Positions 1 through 8,383 are shown, numbered from the stretch's first letter. The stretch is 46,925 nucleotides of DNA from an uncultured Pseudomonadales bacterium (GCA_964398525.1 CAYNMS010000008.1:1-46925), one strand, 5' to 3'. Notes: generated from the sequence alone by a model not told the origin. A program made the numbers and translations.

Positions 1-371
1 ATGATTTGTGAAAGGCGATCTATGGCAATAATACGGGTGGATAGATAAAAACAAGAATTGACCGGACGGCTTAAATGAATATCTAGTTCGCCAGTATTAA
101 CTAGCTGGGGAAGTAAGCGGACATTTTTTCGAAAGACTAATGCAAAAATGGCAGACATCAAGCGATAAAGAGCATAAATTAAAAAAACTTCGCCTTTGCT
201 CCAACCGGAAATAGTGTCAGTGTGGAAAAACATGACTTCTAAACCAAAAATGGTGACAAAAGACCAGGCGATTTCAACAAAAATGTTGGTGACAAAATTG
301 GCTTTGAAACCAATTTCTCTAATGAGACTGGTGCGAGTGAAGTAGTAGAGAAGTGAGATATATCGTTTCAT
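1..371 (-). CDS. ABC-2 family transporter permease, N-terminal part (runs off window edge)
   Basis: Hand translation of the minus strand from ATG at 371: MKRYISLLYYFTRTSLIREIGFKANFVTNIFVEIAWSFVTIFGLEVMFF... It is hydrophobic and starts 1 nt after the stop of the upstream permease gene. It is absent from the ORF track because it is truncated. Confidence 0.6.
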   Translation of the reverse strand, partial: MKRYISLLYYFTRTSLIREIGFKANFVTNIFVEIAWSFVTIFGLEVMFFHTDTISGWSKGEVFLIYALYRLMSAIFALVFRKNVRLLPQLVNTGELDIHLSRPVNSCFYLSTRIIAIDRLSQI

Positions 372-372
372 A

Positions 373-1167
373 TTAACCACCAAGAGCGGAGTAAAGGCGA
401 ATGCCACTGCGCCAGAGAATAAGCGAAATCAGAGTAAAGGTGGAGATCCAGAAAAGTTGAATAGTAAAGCCGTGGAGAATTTGAGAGTTAGACAGGGTGC
501 CTAGTAATAGCTCTAAGGGGAAAGAGACTAGGTAGCGAAAAGGCAAGAGAAAAGCAATTTGCTGAAGCGGGGTGGGAAACAAGAAAATGGGGGCAACTCG
601 ACCACCCAGGGTGTAGTCGGCGATATCGTTTAAGTTTAAAAGAGAGGAGACATCATCCATCCAAAAAGCAAGAAGACCAATGATGGTTTCCAGGAGGAAA
701 CTTAGAATAGCAGAAAAAACTAAGGCAAAGAAAAATTGGATAAGAAGAGCGGGGCTTAGGTTTAGCTTGAGAGTAAAAAGCCAATGGGAAATAAAGATAA
801 AGGGTAGGATAAAAAAGATTTTTAAAAATTTTTCGGCAAGATTGTTGGAAATAGAATCAATAAAGGGGAAAACTGGTCGAAGTAGACGAAGACTAAATTT
901 TCCGGTACGGATTTCTTGAGCCATAAAGATTCCGTGCCAAGAGCCGATGAGTACGGAAGTGAGAGGAATTAGACTGTAGTAGTTGATGAGGGGTTGGAGC
1001 TGGGAAGTGACAGAGGCAGAAGATTTAGCAATGGCAAACCAGACTAAGAGATTGGTAAAAGGAAAGGCAAAAGTTTCAAACATCCAGATGAAGATCATGC
1101 CCCGATAGGCAACAGTTTCTTGGAGTTGAACAGTGAAGAATTTTTGTAATAGCTTGAATGACTTCAT
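373..1167 (-). CDS. ABC-2 family transporter permease
   Basis: 264 aa polytopic membrane protein resembling ABC-2/DUF990-type permeases. It is paired with a second permease directly downstream. Confidence 0.65.
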   Translation of the reverse strand: MKSFKLLQKFFTVQLQETVAYRGMIFIWMFETFAFPFTNLLVWFAIAKSSASVTSQLQPLINYYSLIPLTSVLIGSWHGIFMAQEIRTGKFSLRLLRPVFPFIDSISNNLAEKFLKIFFILPFIFISHWLFTLKLNLSPALLIQFFFALVFSAILSFLLETIIGLLAFWMDDVSSLLNLNDIADYTLGGRVAPIFLFPTPLQQIAFLLPFRYLVSFPLELLLGTLSNSQILHGFTIQLFWISTFTLISLILWRSGIRLYSALGG

Positions 1168-1198
1168 GAGAGGATTTTAGCAAAACCCAGATAAGTAA

Positions 1199-1221
1199 AA
1201 GCCGCTCTTAACGAGCGGCTT
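1199..1221 (-). terminator. Hairpin downstream of hup (AAGCCGCTC-GTTAA-GAGCGGCTT, then TTTAC)
   Basis: 9-bp inverted repeat seen 24 nt after the hup stop. The T tract is weak. Confidence 0.45.
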
Positions 1222-1244
1222 AAATAACAAGTGGTAAAAAAGTT

Positions 1245-1520
1245 TTACCAAACGATTTTCTTTAGTGGTTTACCAACACGGAAATTAACGACGCGGTGAG
1301 ATTTAACTGTTTGACGCTTGGTCTCCTGGCCAAAGGGAACAACTTCTTTGTCGCGAACTTTGCTTAAGTAAAAAGTGCCAAAACCGGAAAGAACTACCTT
1401 TTCACCTTTTTTGAGAGAACGTTTGATCTCATCTAAGAAAATGTCCACCGATTCGGTGGCAGCTTTTTTGGTTAGGTGGCCCTTTTTGGCAACAACATCT
1501 ATTAATTGAGACTTGGTCAT
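1245..1520 (-). CDS. hup: HU family DNA-binding protein
   Basis: 91 aa. MTKSQLIDVVA...SGFGTFY...RVVNFRVGKPLK matches the HU/IHF fold signature. Confidence 0.9.
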   Translation of the reverse strand: MTKSQLIDVVAKKGHLTKKAATESVDIFLDEIKRSLKKGEKVVLSGFGTFYLSKVRDKEVVPFGQETKRQTVKSHRVVNFRVGKPLKKIVW

Positions 1521-1641
1521 GGATTACCCCTTTTGTCACTAAAATTTGGCTATGTATCCACTTTAGTAACCAAAAAGGTTAGTGTCAATGGGTAAAGTGT
1601 CGGAATTAGGTAAGAATTGGAATCGCCAGAGTTGAAGTTTA

Positions 1642-3192
1642 TTATTTAGCAACTTCTTGGGCTCGAGTTTCACGAATGACAGTGACGGTAACCGTACCCG
1701 GATAGGTCATTTCGTTTCTGATGCGCTCTTTGATATCAAAGGCCATCTTTCTAACGGCTTCATCGTCAACTTTTTGGGGTTTGACGACAACACGGACTTC
1801 ACGGCCGGCTTGAAGAGCATAGGCTTCATCGACACCTTCATAGGAAGTAGCGATTTCTTCGAGTTTGTTGAGACGTTTGACGTATTCGTTATAGTTTTCA
1901 TATCGAGCACCGGGGCGGGCACCAGATATGGCATCGGCGACATAGACGAGAACGGCTTCCGAAGAAGAAAAGGGTTTGTCTTCATGGTGTTGCTCGACGC
2001 AGTCGATGACATCTTGCGGGATGTTGAATCTTTTGAGGAAATTAACCCCAAGCTCGACGTGACTGCCTTCTTCGTCGTGGATGACTTTACCGATGTCATG
2101 CAAAAGACAACCAAGGCGGACAATATCGGCATCAGCACCGACTTCTCTGGCGAGGGCGATACCTATTTTGGTTTCTTCTAAAGTATGGGTAATCATGTTC
2201 TGGCCATAGGAGAAGCGGTATTTAAATTCACCAAGCTTGGCCACAATTTCGCGAGGCAGATTGTAAACACCAACTGCGTGACAAAGCTTTTTACCCTCTT
2301 CAAACATGATTTTTTCGATGTCTTGACGGGCTTTGGCGACATACTCTTCGATGCGGGTAGGTTGGATACGCCCATCGGCAACTAGTCGTGAGAGGGAGAC
2401 TTTGGCGATTTCGCGGCGAACCGGATCGAAACTACTTAAGCGGACTTCACCGGGTGTTTCATCGAGATCGACGTCAACTCCGGTAGCCTGTTCAAAAGCA
2501 CGAATGTTGCGACCTTCTTTACCGATAATTCTCCCTTTACTGTCTTCTTGAGGAAGTTTAACGGTTGAGACGGTGTATTCGGCGACATGGTCGGTGGCTC
2601 CGTGTTTCAGAGCGTCGACAATAATCTCCCGGGCTTTATTGTCGGCTTCTTCTTTGGCTTTATCCTCGGCAGCGGTGATGGCTTTGGCCATGTCGACTTG
2701 TAGCCTTTTTTCGAGAGTGTTGAAGATGATTTGTTTGGCTTCTTCTTTATTGAGACCAGCGATTTCTTGAACCCGATCGGCATAGCGTTTTTTGAGTTTG
2801 TTTAACTCATCGAGCCTGACTTGAAGCGTATCTTGTTGTTCTTTGAGAAAACGTTCCCGGGCTTCGGTGGCAGCTTGGACACGGGCAAGATCGGTTTCTT
2901 TGCGGGAAAGATCAAGCTGTTTTTGGTTGAATTCGTTTTGACGGCGACGAGATTCTTCTTCAGCTTGTGATCGGATTTTGAGCGCTTGGTCTTTGGCTTC
3001 GAGAATTATTTCTCTAGATTTAGCCTCGGCTTCCCTTTTGGCCTGATTTAAAAGGGCTTGATGATCGATCTGGGGTTGGGGACGAGAAGGACGGTGACGG
3101 GGTTTACTGCGGCGTGGCGGTTTGGAGGGAGTGGTAATAACTGGTTTTTTCCCAGGTTGAAATACTCCTGAAAGAGTTTTGAAAAGTGACAT
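1642..3192 (-). CDS. rny: Ribonuclease Y
   Basis: 516 aa with a coiled-coil region, a KH motif (GRIIGKEGRNIRAFEQATGVDV) and an HD domain (LLHDIGK...EQHHE). Confidence 0.9.
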   Translation of the reverse strand: MSLFKTLSGVFQPGKKPVITTPSKPPRRSKPRHRPSRPQPQIDHQALLNQAKREAEAKSREIILEAKDQALKIRSQAEEESRRRQNEFNQKQLDLSRKETDLARVQAATEARERFLKEQQDTLQVRLDELNKLKKRYADRVQEIAGLNKEEAKQIIFNTLEKRLQVDMAKAITAAEDKAKEEADNKAREIIVDALKHGATDHVAEYTVSTVKLPQEDSKGRIIGKEGRNIRAFEQATGVDVDLDETPGEVRLSSFDPVRREIAKVSLSRLVADGRIQPTRIEEYVAKARQDIEKIMFEEGKKLCHAVGVYNLPREIVAKLGEFKYRFSYGQNMITHTLEETKIGIALAREVGADADIVRLGCLLHDIGKVIHDEEGSHVELGVNFLKRFNIPQDVIDCVEQHHEDKPFSSSEAVLVYVADAISGARPGARYENYNEYVKRLNKLEEIATSYEGVDEAYALQAGREVRVVVKPQKVDDEAVRKMAFDIKERIRNEMTYPGTVTVTVIRETRAQEVAK

Positions 3193-3372
3193 GATACCTT
3201 CCTAACGGAATATACATTAAATTCCAATGCTGGATATTGATATTTGATTGGAGATACAAACAGTCAACAAAAAAACGCAAATCAGGAGTGAGCGAGGTTA
3301 AACAGTTTGCGGGTAAATCATTAAAAACAAAAGTTACTTAATAGGTTAACTATCTGAATCTCTCGGGATATT

Positions 3373-3846
3373 TTACTCTTGGGCTAACCATTCGTCAATC
3401 GCAGCGGAGATGACAGAAGCGGTATAGCCCCTCTGGTAAAGGTAATTCTTGGCCTTGGCTTTGGTCTTGAAAAGGTTGGACTGTTTGAGCTTTGAAGCCC
3501 GTTTTTCAAGAAGCTTGACTGCGGAGGCAATTAGCTTGGATTGATCGGCGTTATTTAGATTTTGTAAGATAATTGGGTCCTCCACTCCAAGAAACTTTAG
3601 TTTTTGGCGAATAAAAGTAATTCCCTTGCCTTTGGAGATATAGCTGGTGACAAGTTGCGAGGCAAAAGCCTGATCATCCAAAAGCCCCATAGATTCAAGA
3701 TCGGCAACGATAGCGTCAATCTGGTCGGCTTGGGTGGTTTTGGAGCTTAAATACCGCTTCATTTCAGAGATGGAGCGGGAGCGGAATTTTAGATACCCGA
3801 CGGCCAGGTTAAGCAGTCTGGCTCTTGGGTTGGGATTGTTTGGCAT
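3373..3846 (-). CDS. recX: Recombination regulator RecX
   Basis: 157 aa with a RecX-like N-terminus ([19 protein letters not shown]), immediately downstream of recA. Confidence 0.8.
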   Translation of the reverse strand: MPNNPNPRARLLNLAVGYLKFRSRSISEMKRYLSSKTTQADQIDAIVADLESMGLLDDQAFASQLVTSYISKGKGITFIRQKLKFLGVEDPIILQNLNNADQSKLIASAVKLLEKRASKLKQSNLFKTKAKAKNYLYQRGYTASVISAAIDEWLAQE

Positions 3847-4882
3847 GAATTTTTTCCCGAACCTTTTTCTCGATTTCTTCCATGAGCTTGGGCTTTTCCT
3901 CTAAGACAGCTTTGGCCCCTTCGCGGCCTTGAGCTAAAACTTCACCTTGGTACTTAAAGAAACTACCGGATTTTTCGATAACATCATGTTCGACGGCAAC
4001 GTCGACTATACCGCCAGATTTGGAAATGCCAGAGACGTTCATGATGTCGAATTCGGCAATTTTAAATGGTGGGGCGATTTTGTTTTTGACAACTTTGGCC
4101 CGGTGACGTGAGCCGACGATTTCGTCGCCATCTTGAATGTTGCCGATTTTACGCATATCGATTCTGACTGAGGCGTAGAACTTGAGAGCTTGGCCGCCAG
4201 TAGTAGTTTCGGGATTGCCAAACATAACGCCGATTTTCATACGCAGTTGGTTGGTAAAAATGACAACGGTTTTAGAGCGATTGATGGCACCGGCTAATTT
4301 GCGCATAGCTTGACTCATGAGCCGAGCCTGAAGACCGATAATGGAATCCCCCATCTCGCCTTCGATTTCAGCTTTGGGAACAAGGGCGGCGACCGAGTCG
4401 ATAACTAGGACGTCGATACCACCGGATCTGATCAGGGTTTCGGCGATTTCTAGTGCTTGCTCGCCGCTGTCAGGTTGAGACATGAGAAGACTGTCGAGAT
4501 TAACCCCGATGGCTTTGGCTCGAACAGGATCGAGGGCATGTTCGGCATCGATGAAAGCAGCGTCACCGCCTTTTTTCTGGGCTTCGGCGATGATATGAAG
4601 ACACAGGGTAGTTTTGCCGGAGGCTTCGGGTCCATAGATTTCCACGATACGGCCTCGAGGAACACCGCCGGCACCGAGGGCTAAGTCTAGGGCAAGGGAA
4701 CCGGTGGGAACGGTGGCAATATTTTTAAGAAGGGCAGCCTGATCGCCAAGACGCATAATGGAACCGGTACCGAATTGTTTTTCAATTTGTTGCATGGCAA
4801 TTTTGACGGCTTCGACACGCTGGCTATCACTGGGGTTTGGTTGTGGCATGACTACCTCTTGGTTTTTCTTAGGTCGACCCAT
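3809..4882 (-). CDS. recA: Recombinase RecA
   Basis: Walker A motif [10 protein letters not shown] plus FIDAEHALD and [15 protein letters not shown] lies upstream of the ATG at 4882. An internal ATG (MPQPNP...) is an alternative start. Confidence 0.95.
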   Translation of the reverse strand: MGRPKKNQEVVMPQPNPSDSQRVEAVKIAMQQIEKQFGTGSIMRLGDQAALLKNIATVPTGSLALDLALGAGGVPRGRIVEIYGPEASGKTTLCLHIIAEAQKKGGDAAFIDAEHALDPVRAKAIGVNLDSLLMSQPDSGEQALEIAETLIRSGGIDVLVIDSVAALVPKAEIEGEMGDSIIGLQARLMSQAMRKLAGAINRSKTVVIFTNQLRMKIGVMFGNPETTTGGQALKFYASVRIDMRKIGNIQDGDEIVGSRHRAKVVKNKIAPPFKIAEFDIMNVSGISKSGGIVDVAVEHDVIEKSGSFFKYQGEVLAQGREGAKAVLEEKPKLMEEIEKKVREKIHAKQSQPKSQTA

Positions 4883-4989
4883 ATATCTCCTTTTGGTGAT
4901 TTAGAGTAATATAAACATACTTTTCGGGTAATTACAACCAAATCTTTCTGGTTTTTATTTGGGTTTATTTCTAAGGTATAATGGGCAGA

Positions 4990-5019
4990 TTGACAAGTGA
5001 ATAGATTTGGGCGGAGAAT
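4990..5019 (+). promoter_or_regulatory. Candidate sigma70-like promoter for tRNA-Pro (TTGACA-18 nt-GAGAAT)
   Basis: Perfect -35 hexamer at 4990..4995 and a weak -10 at 5014..5019, 18 nt before the tRNA 5' end. Confidence 0.3.
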
Positions 5020-5036
5020 AAAAATCTCGGCCAAAA

Positions 5037-5107
5037 CGGGGTGTAGTATAGTGGTAGTATTTACGCATGGGGTGCGTAAGGTACAGGTTCGATTCCTGTC
5101 ACCCCGA
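5037..5107 (+). tRNA. tRNA-Pro (anticodon GGG)
   Basis: Folded by hand as a 71-nt cloverleaf: acceptor CGGGGTG/CACCCCG, anticodon stem TACGC/GCGTA, loop AT-GGG-GT with G37, T arm ACAGG-TTCGATT-CCTGT, discriminator A. C1-G72 is typical of tRNA-Pro. No CCA is encoded. Confidence 0.9.
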
Positions 5108-5611
5108 CACTTCGATTTCGCAAGGCGAATGAGAAGTGAGCTGAGCCTGCTGAAGCTCTGAACTATTTGAAGAGCCGAAGCTCATCTCACTAGCTTTGCT
5201 TCACTCAGTGTCTTCGACTCTTTGTTTTCGATTTTTGCTCAGGGTGTACGATGTTTCAACAAGCTCAACATCTTTGACCAATTATTGAATGAGTCGAAGA
5301 GCCTCGAGCGAAACGGGGTGAAGCCTAGAGGCACAGATATTGACTCCACTTAGAGTCTACCCCCTTTCTTATTTTGATTCGGTGGCTTGAGAAGTTGCAA
5401 CTTAGATTAGATTAAATCTATGTATGGCAATTGTGTGATTGGTTTAAATGTTTGCGCTAGCAATAAATATTGACAGAATTATCTCTCTCTTTAAGCTGAA
5501 AAGGAATCGGTCTCAAATTGTCTGTATTTGGTCTGTGATTTTGGGTAACACTTAACTACAGTGAAATATTCCCATGTTGAGAAGCTAGAAAAATCTAATT
5601 TGAGGATAAAT

Positions 5612-5620
5612 TGATATAAT
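5612..5620 (+). promoter_or_regulatory. Extended -10 element TGATATAAT overlapping the first ATG of the 216-aa ORF
   Basis: TGn+TATAAT read directly in the sequence. If it is used, the real start codon would be the ATG at 5640. Confidence 0.3.
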
Positions 5621-6269
5621 GCTTGTCCTAATTTTTGATATGGAAAAAAAATTAAAATTAAATTTGGGGGAAGTTGGATTCCCCCATGCTCATAGATTTA
5701 CTTCCTCTACTGGAATACCTGTACCTTGGAAGGGCTGTGATGGGGTCATTCTTCCCAGACTGATTATTTTTGAAGAGCCAGGAAGTGATTATGACATTCA
5801 TCATGAAATTTACTCAGAAAGAGTTAGGAACTGTAATGGAGAAATTTATTATGGTGATATCTATAAGCCGGAGTCTTTAGAGGAAATTCCACAAATGGGA
5901 CTGCTAGTTCTTGAGAATGTGGTTACAGATCCAGGACAAATCCAGAAAGATTGGTATGGCTTAATTAGATTTTTGGACTCTAAGATAGCACCTGGTGGAC
6001 TTGTATTATTTTCTGATCATATTTATCCTGGATCCTTATATCTTGGGGTTCCCCATGAGGAAATTAGAAAAGAAGTAAGTCAAAGTGACTCATTTGAGGT
6101 ATTGTATTTTGATCCACTGGAAAAGGGGACAGTTGAAGATCACACAAGAGCTCTGAATAATTGTAAAGAAATACTCAATTCTTTGGGCATGATGGATCAA
6201 GCACTCGATTCAGGACTTGATGAATTGCATAAAGTTAATTGGCATTGGTTGATATTGCAGAAAAAGTAG
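5619..6269 (+). CDS. Hypothetical protein (orphan) with weak class I methyltransferase-like motifs
   Basis: 216-aa ORF. IIFEEPGSDYD, LLVLENVV and KIAPGGLVLFSD resemble SAM-methyltransferase motifs I, IV and post-IV. This is motif-level resemblance only. Confidence 0.5.
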   Translation: MLVLIFDMEKKLKLNLGEVGFPHAHRFTSSTGIPVPWKGCDGVILPRLIIFEEPGSDYDIHHEIYSERVRNCNGEIYYGDIYKPESLEEIPQMGLLVLENVVTDPGQIQKDWYGLIRFLDSKIAPGGLVLFSDHIYPGSLYLGVPHEEIRKEVSQSDSFEVLYFDPLEKGTVEDHTRALNNCKEILNSLGMMDQALDSGLDELHKVNWHWLILQKK

Positions 6270-6292
6270 GCATTACTTTCCTTAATAATAAC

Positions 6293-6361
6293 CGACAAGA
6301 GTTTCTCCTGAGGGGATTTTTGATGTCCTTATACAAAAGTAGAATCTCTTGAGAAATCTGG
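6293..6361. repeat. Island repeat type C, copy 1
   Basis: 47 of 69 positions identical to 7041..7109 in an ungapped hand alignment. Shared blocks are AGGGGATTTTTG, AAGTAG and CTCTTGAG. Confidence 0.7.
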
Positions 6362-6364
6362 TTA

Positions 6365-6640
6365 TTACTTGTTCTTAAATTCTCGATCCACGCTTTGACT
6401 CAGAAACATTTTCATCAGAGATTGGTACGGCACATCTTTTTTATTAGCAAGTTGTTTAATTCTCATCAACAAATGAGACGGCAACCTTAAGGAAATAGAT
6501 TCTGTTGAAGGTTTTAAGTTTGATAAGTCTAATTCTACTGACTTTGACCAATCAACATAATCAGTTGAATCATGAGTTGCCCAAAACTCTCGCTCTTCAT
6601 CTTCGTTTTTGAATTGTGGAATTGGTTTAAGCTTTGTCAT
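6365..6640 (-). CDS. brnA: BrnA-type antitoxin (CopG/RHH-like)
   Basis: 91 aa. FKNEDEEREFWATHDSTDYVDW followed by a C-terminal RHH-like segment. Overlaps brnT by 14 nt. Confidence 0.8.
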   Translation of the reverse strand: MTKLKPIPQFKNEDEEREFWATHDSTDYVDWSKSVELDLSNLKPSTESISLRLPSHLLMRIKQLANKKDVPYQSLMKMFLSQSVDREFKNK

Positions 6641-6920
6641 AGATATTTTTCTCCTTTTTATTCATATCTCTTATGGAGATAATCCTAATTTTATTACTTC
6701 TGATTGTATATGAGACAAATAATTTACGATTATCATTTGTTTCCCCAAGAGCTTGAAAGCGCAATTCCTTTCCTGAGTGCTTTTCATCTAATACTGAAAG
6801 AAAAGGCTTATTAAAGAAAACTTCTTCAGCTTCCTTTGCGTCTACTTTATGTTTCTGCCAGTTTTTATCTTTGTTTCCAGTATCCCATTCAAAAGTAATT
6901 GGCCTCGGTAATTTCTTCAT
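6627..6920 (-). CDS. brnT: BrnT-type ribonuclease toxin (DUF497)
   Basis: FEWDTGNKDKNWQKHKVDAKEAEEVF signature. Start trimmed to MKKLPRP at 6920, because the track's upstream extension to 6983 runs through the non-coding repeat also found at 10218..10266. Confidence 0.8.
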   Translation of the reverse strand: MKKLPRPITFEWDTGNKDKNWQKHKVDAKEAEEVFFNKPFLSVLDEKHSGKELRFQALGETNDNRKLFVSYTIRSNKIRIISIRDMNKKEKNIYDKA

Positions 6921-6966
6921 TGCATTTAGTATATTATGATAATATACTGATGTCAATTTGCTATAG

Positions 6967-7016
6967 TTCCGAATTAAACACAAAGGTTCTACTTTAGTCC
7001 TACGCTAAGGCTTCGG
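6967..7016. repeat. Island repeat type A, copy 1
   Basis: Aligns with 10218..10266. The core AAAGGTTCTACTTTAGTCCTACGCT is identical over 25 nt (6982..7006 versus 10232..10256). Confidence 0.85.
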
Positions 7017-7040
7017 AATTACACAGTCGGTCACAATATT

Positions 7041-7109
7041 CGACTCATGATTCTCTCCAGGGGATTTTTGGAACTATTGTACATAAGTAGGACCTCTTGA
7101 GGGATCCAG
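7041..7109. repeat. Island repeat type C, copy 2
   Basis: See 6293..6361. It contains AAGTAGGACCT (7085..7095), whose reverse complement matches 10 of 11 positions of AGGTTCTACTT (6984..6994). Confidence 0.7.
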
Positions 7110-7133
7110 CGACATTTCTGATAATATCAATAT

Positions 7134-8276
7134 ATGTCAGATTCAAGCGAAGGTGTGCCCGCATCCTTAAGAGATAAAATTGTTAGAAGTATTGATGGTC
7201 AAAAGCCAAGCTGGAAAAATGTTTTGTCAAGAAAAGTTGTTGGACGAAGAAGTTCAGTAGATAGTTACCCTGAAAAGATCGAGGAGATACCTGCTACGGC
7301 ACCAGCTCAAGAGCAGTCAACTTCGACTGAAATTAACTTTTCTCCCATAATAGAGTACTTTTATGAGCTAGGGAAAAAGCCGTTAGTCTCCCTAGAGAAA
7401 ATGATTGGTATTCCTGAGGGAAGTCGTTCACAAGGCAATGTTATTGCTAATTTAGTGGCTAATAATTGTTTTGAGGAAGAGACGGAAACAAGCTTTATTG
7501 AACAAGGTTTAGATGGTCACCTAATTGGTGTGGGAGCTGCAAGCATTTTCTGTATGATTGAAGGATTTAGTGAATGTCAATCATTTACCGGTATTGATGT
7601 TCATCCTAGCCCCGTTGCTATTGGAAGAGTTATTACTGAATTACTGGGTGAGAATGACACCTTTGAAGATTTTTTTACTTCGTTAAGTGACGAAGACAAG
7701 CTCAAAGACAAACTAGAAGAGATGGGTTTACCAGAGGGATATTTTGATGAAACTGCACAGAGTGTTAAAGATGCAATTACTCAATACAATAAAGTCAAAA
7801 GCAGCTACCCAGGAATGCGAGCAGAGGGATTTAATGTTCACAATATGGACAAGAAAAATCTCTTTCCACTCAAGTCTATAGAGAGGCATTATAAAGAATT
7901 CATGAACTTAGCTAGATCAGGCAATATGCATTTTATCCAGGCAGATTTCCTTGATTCAACTGTATGGAGGGGCTTAAATCGAGCCGCTCCACAAATAAAA
8001 GATGCTAATAATTTAATATTTTGCAGTAATGCTATTGATCATGAATTCCGATCAAGGTTCGAGAAGTGGGACCAATGGTCTCAAAACGGAAAAGTTAATA
8101 TGGCAATCTCTGAACAAGTTGCTCTTGGAGGAGCGACTGCTTTTAACTTTGCAGATTGGGAATCCAGTAGATTCGTATTCACTTTGACAAGTCTAAGATA
8201 CGAGTTACAGCTAACAGATGAACCACCTGTTTATGGCTATGATGAACAACAAGGTCGTCCAACTCTTATTAACTAA
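7134..8276 (+). CDS. Hypothetical protein (orphan): disordered N-terminus plus divergent Rossmann/SAM-methyltransferase-like domain
   Basis: 380-aa ORF. LIGVGAASIF...FTGIDVHPSPVAI...MHFIQADFLD...NLIFCSNAIDHEF occur in the order of class I methyltransferase motifs I, II, III and IV. Confidence 0.55.
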   Translation: MSDSSEGVPASLRDKIVRSIDGQKPSWKNVLSRKVVGRRSSVDSYPEKIEEIPATAPAQEQSTSTEINFSPIIEYFYELGKKPLVSLEKMIGIPEGSRSQGNVIANLVANNCFEEETETSFIEQGLDGHLIGVGAASIFCMIEGFSECQSFTGIDVHPSPVAIGRVITELLGENDTFEDFFTSLSDEDKLKDKLEEMGLPEGYFDETAQSVKDAITQYNKVKSSYPGMRAEGFNVHNMDKKNLFPLKSIERHYKEFMNLARSGNMHFIQADFLDSTVWRGLNRAAPQIKDANNLIFCSNAIDHEFRSRFEKWDQWSQNGKVNMAISEQVALGGATAFNFADWESSRFVFTLTSLRYELQLTDEPPVYGYDEQQGRPTLIN

Positions 8277-8321
8277 AACTTATTCCCGTACTGAATTCCG
8301 AACCGGCTTGCGTATGAAGAG

Positions 8322-8383
8322 TTCTACCCCTTCGACTAACTGCGCTCGCTTAGGATCTATGACTTTCGTTCACGATATTCGAC
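8322..8383. repeat. Island repeat type B, copy 1
   Basis: 57 of 62 nt identical to 9769..9830 by hand alignment. Starts 45 nt after the stop of the 380-aa ORF. Confidence 0.9.

Noticed and set aside
680-919. 79-aa plus-strand ORF inside the ABC-2 permease gene
   Set aside because: It is antisense to a well-supported membrane protein gene and its K/R-rich composition is typical of a reverse-frame artefact.
1657-2770. ORFs antisense to or out of frame with rny (1657..2181, 1707..2138, 2185..2385, 2193..2381, 2333..2551, 2573..2770)
   Set aside because: They lie entirely inside a confidently identified RNase Y gene, have low-complexity composition and show no motifs.
5421-5474. 17-codon ORF (MYGNCVIGLNVCASNKY) in the long spacer
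   Set aside because: It is too short, has no ribosome-binding site and has no supporting evidence.
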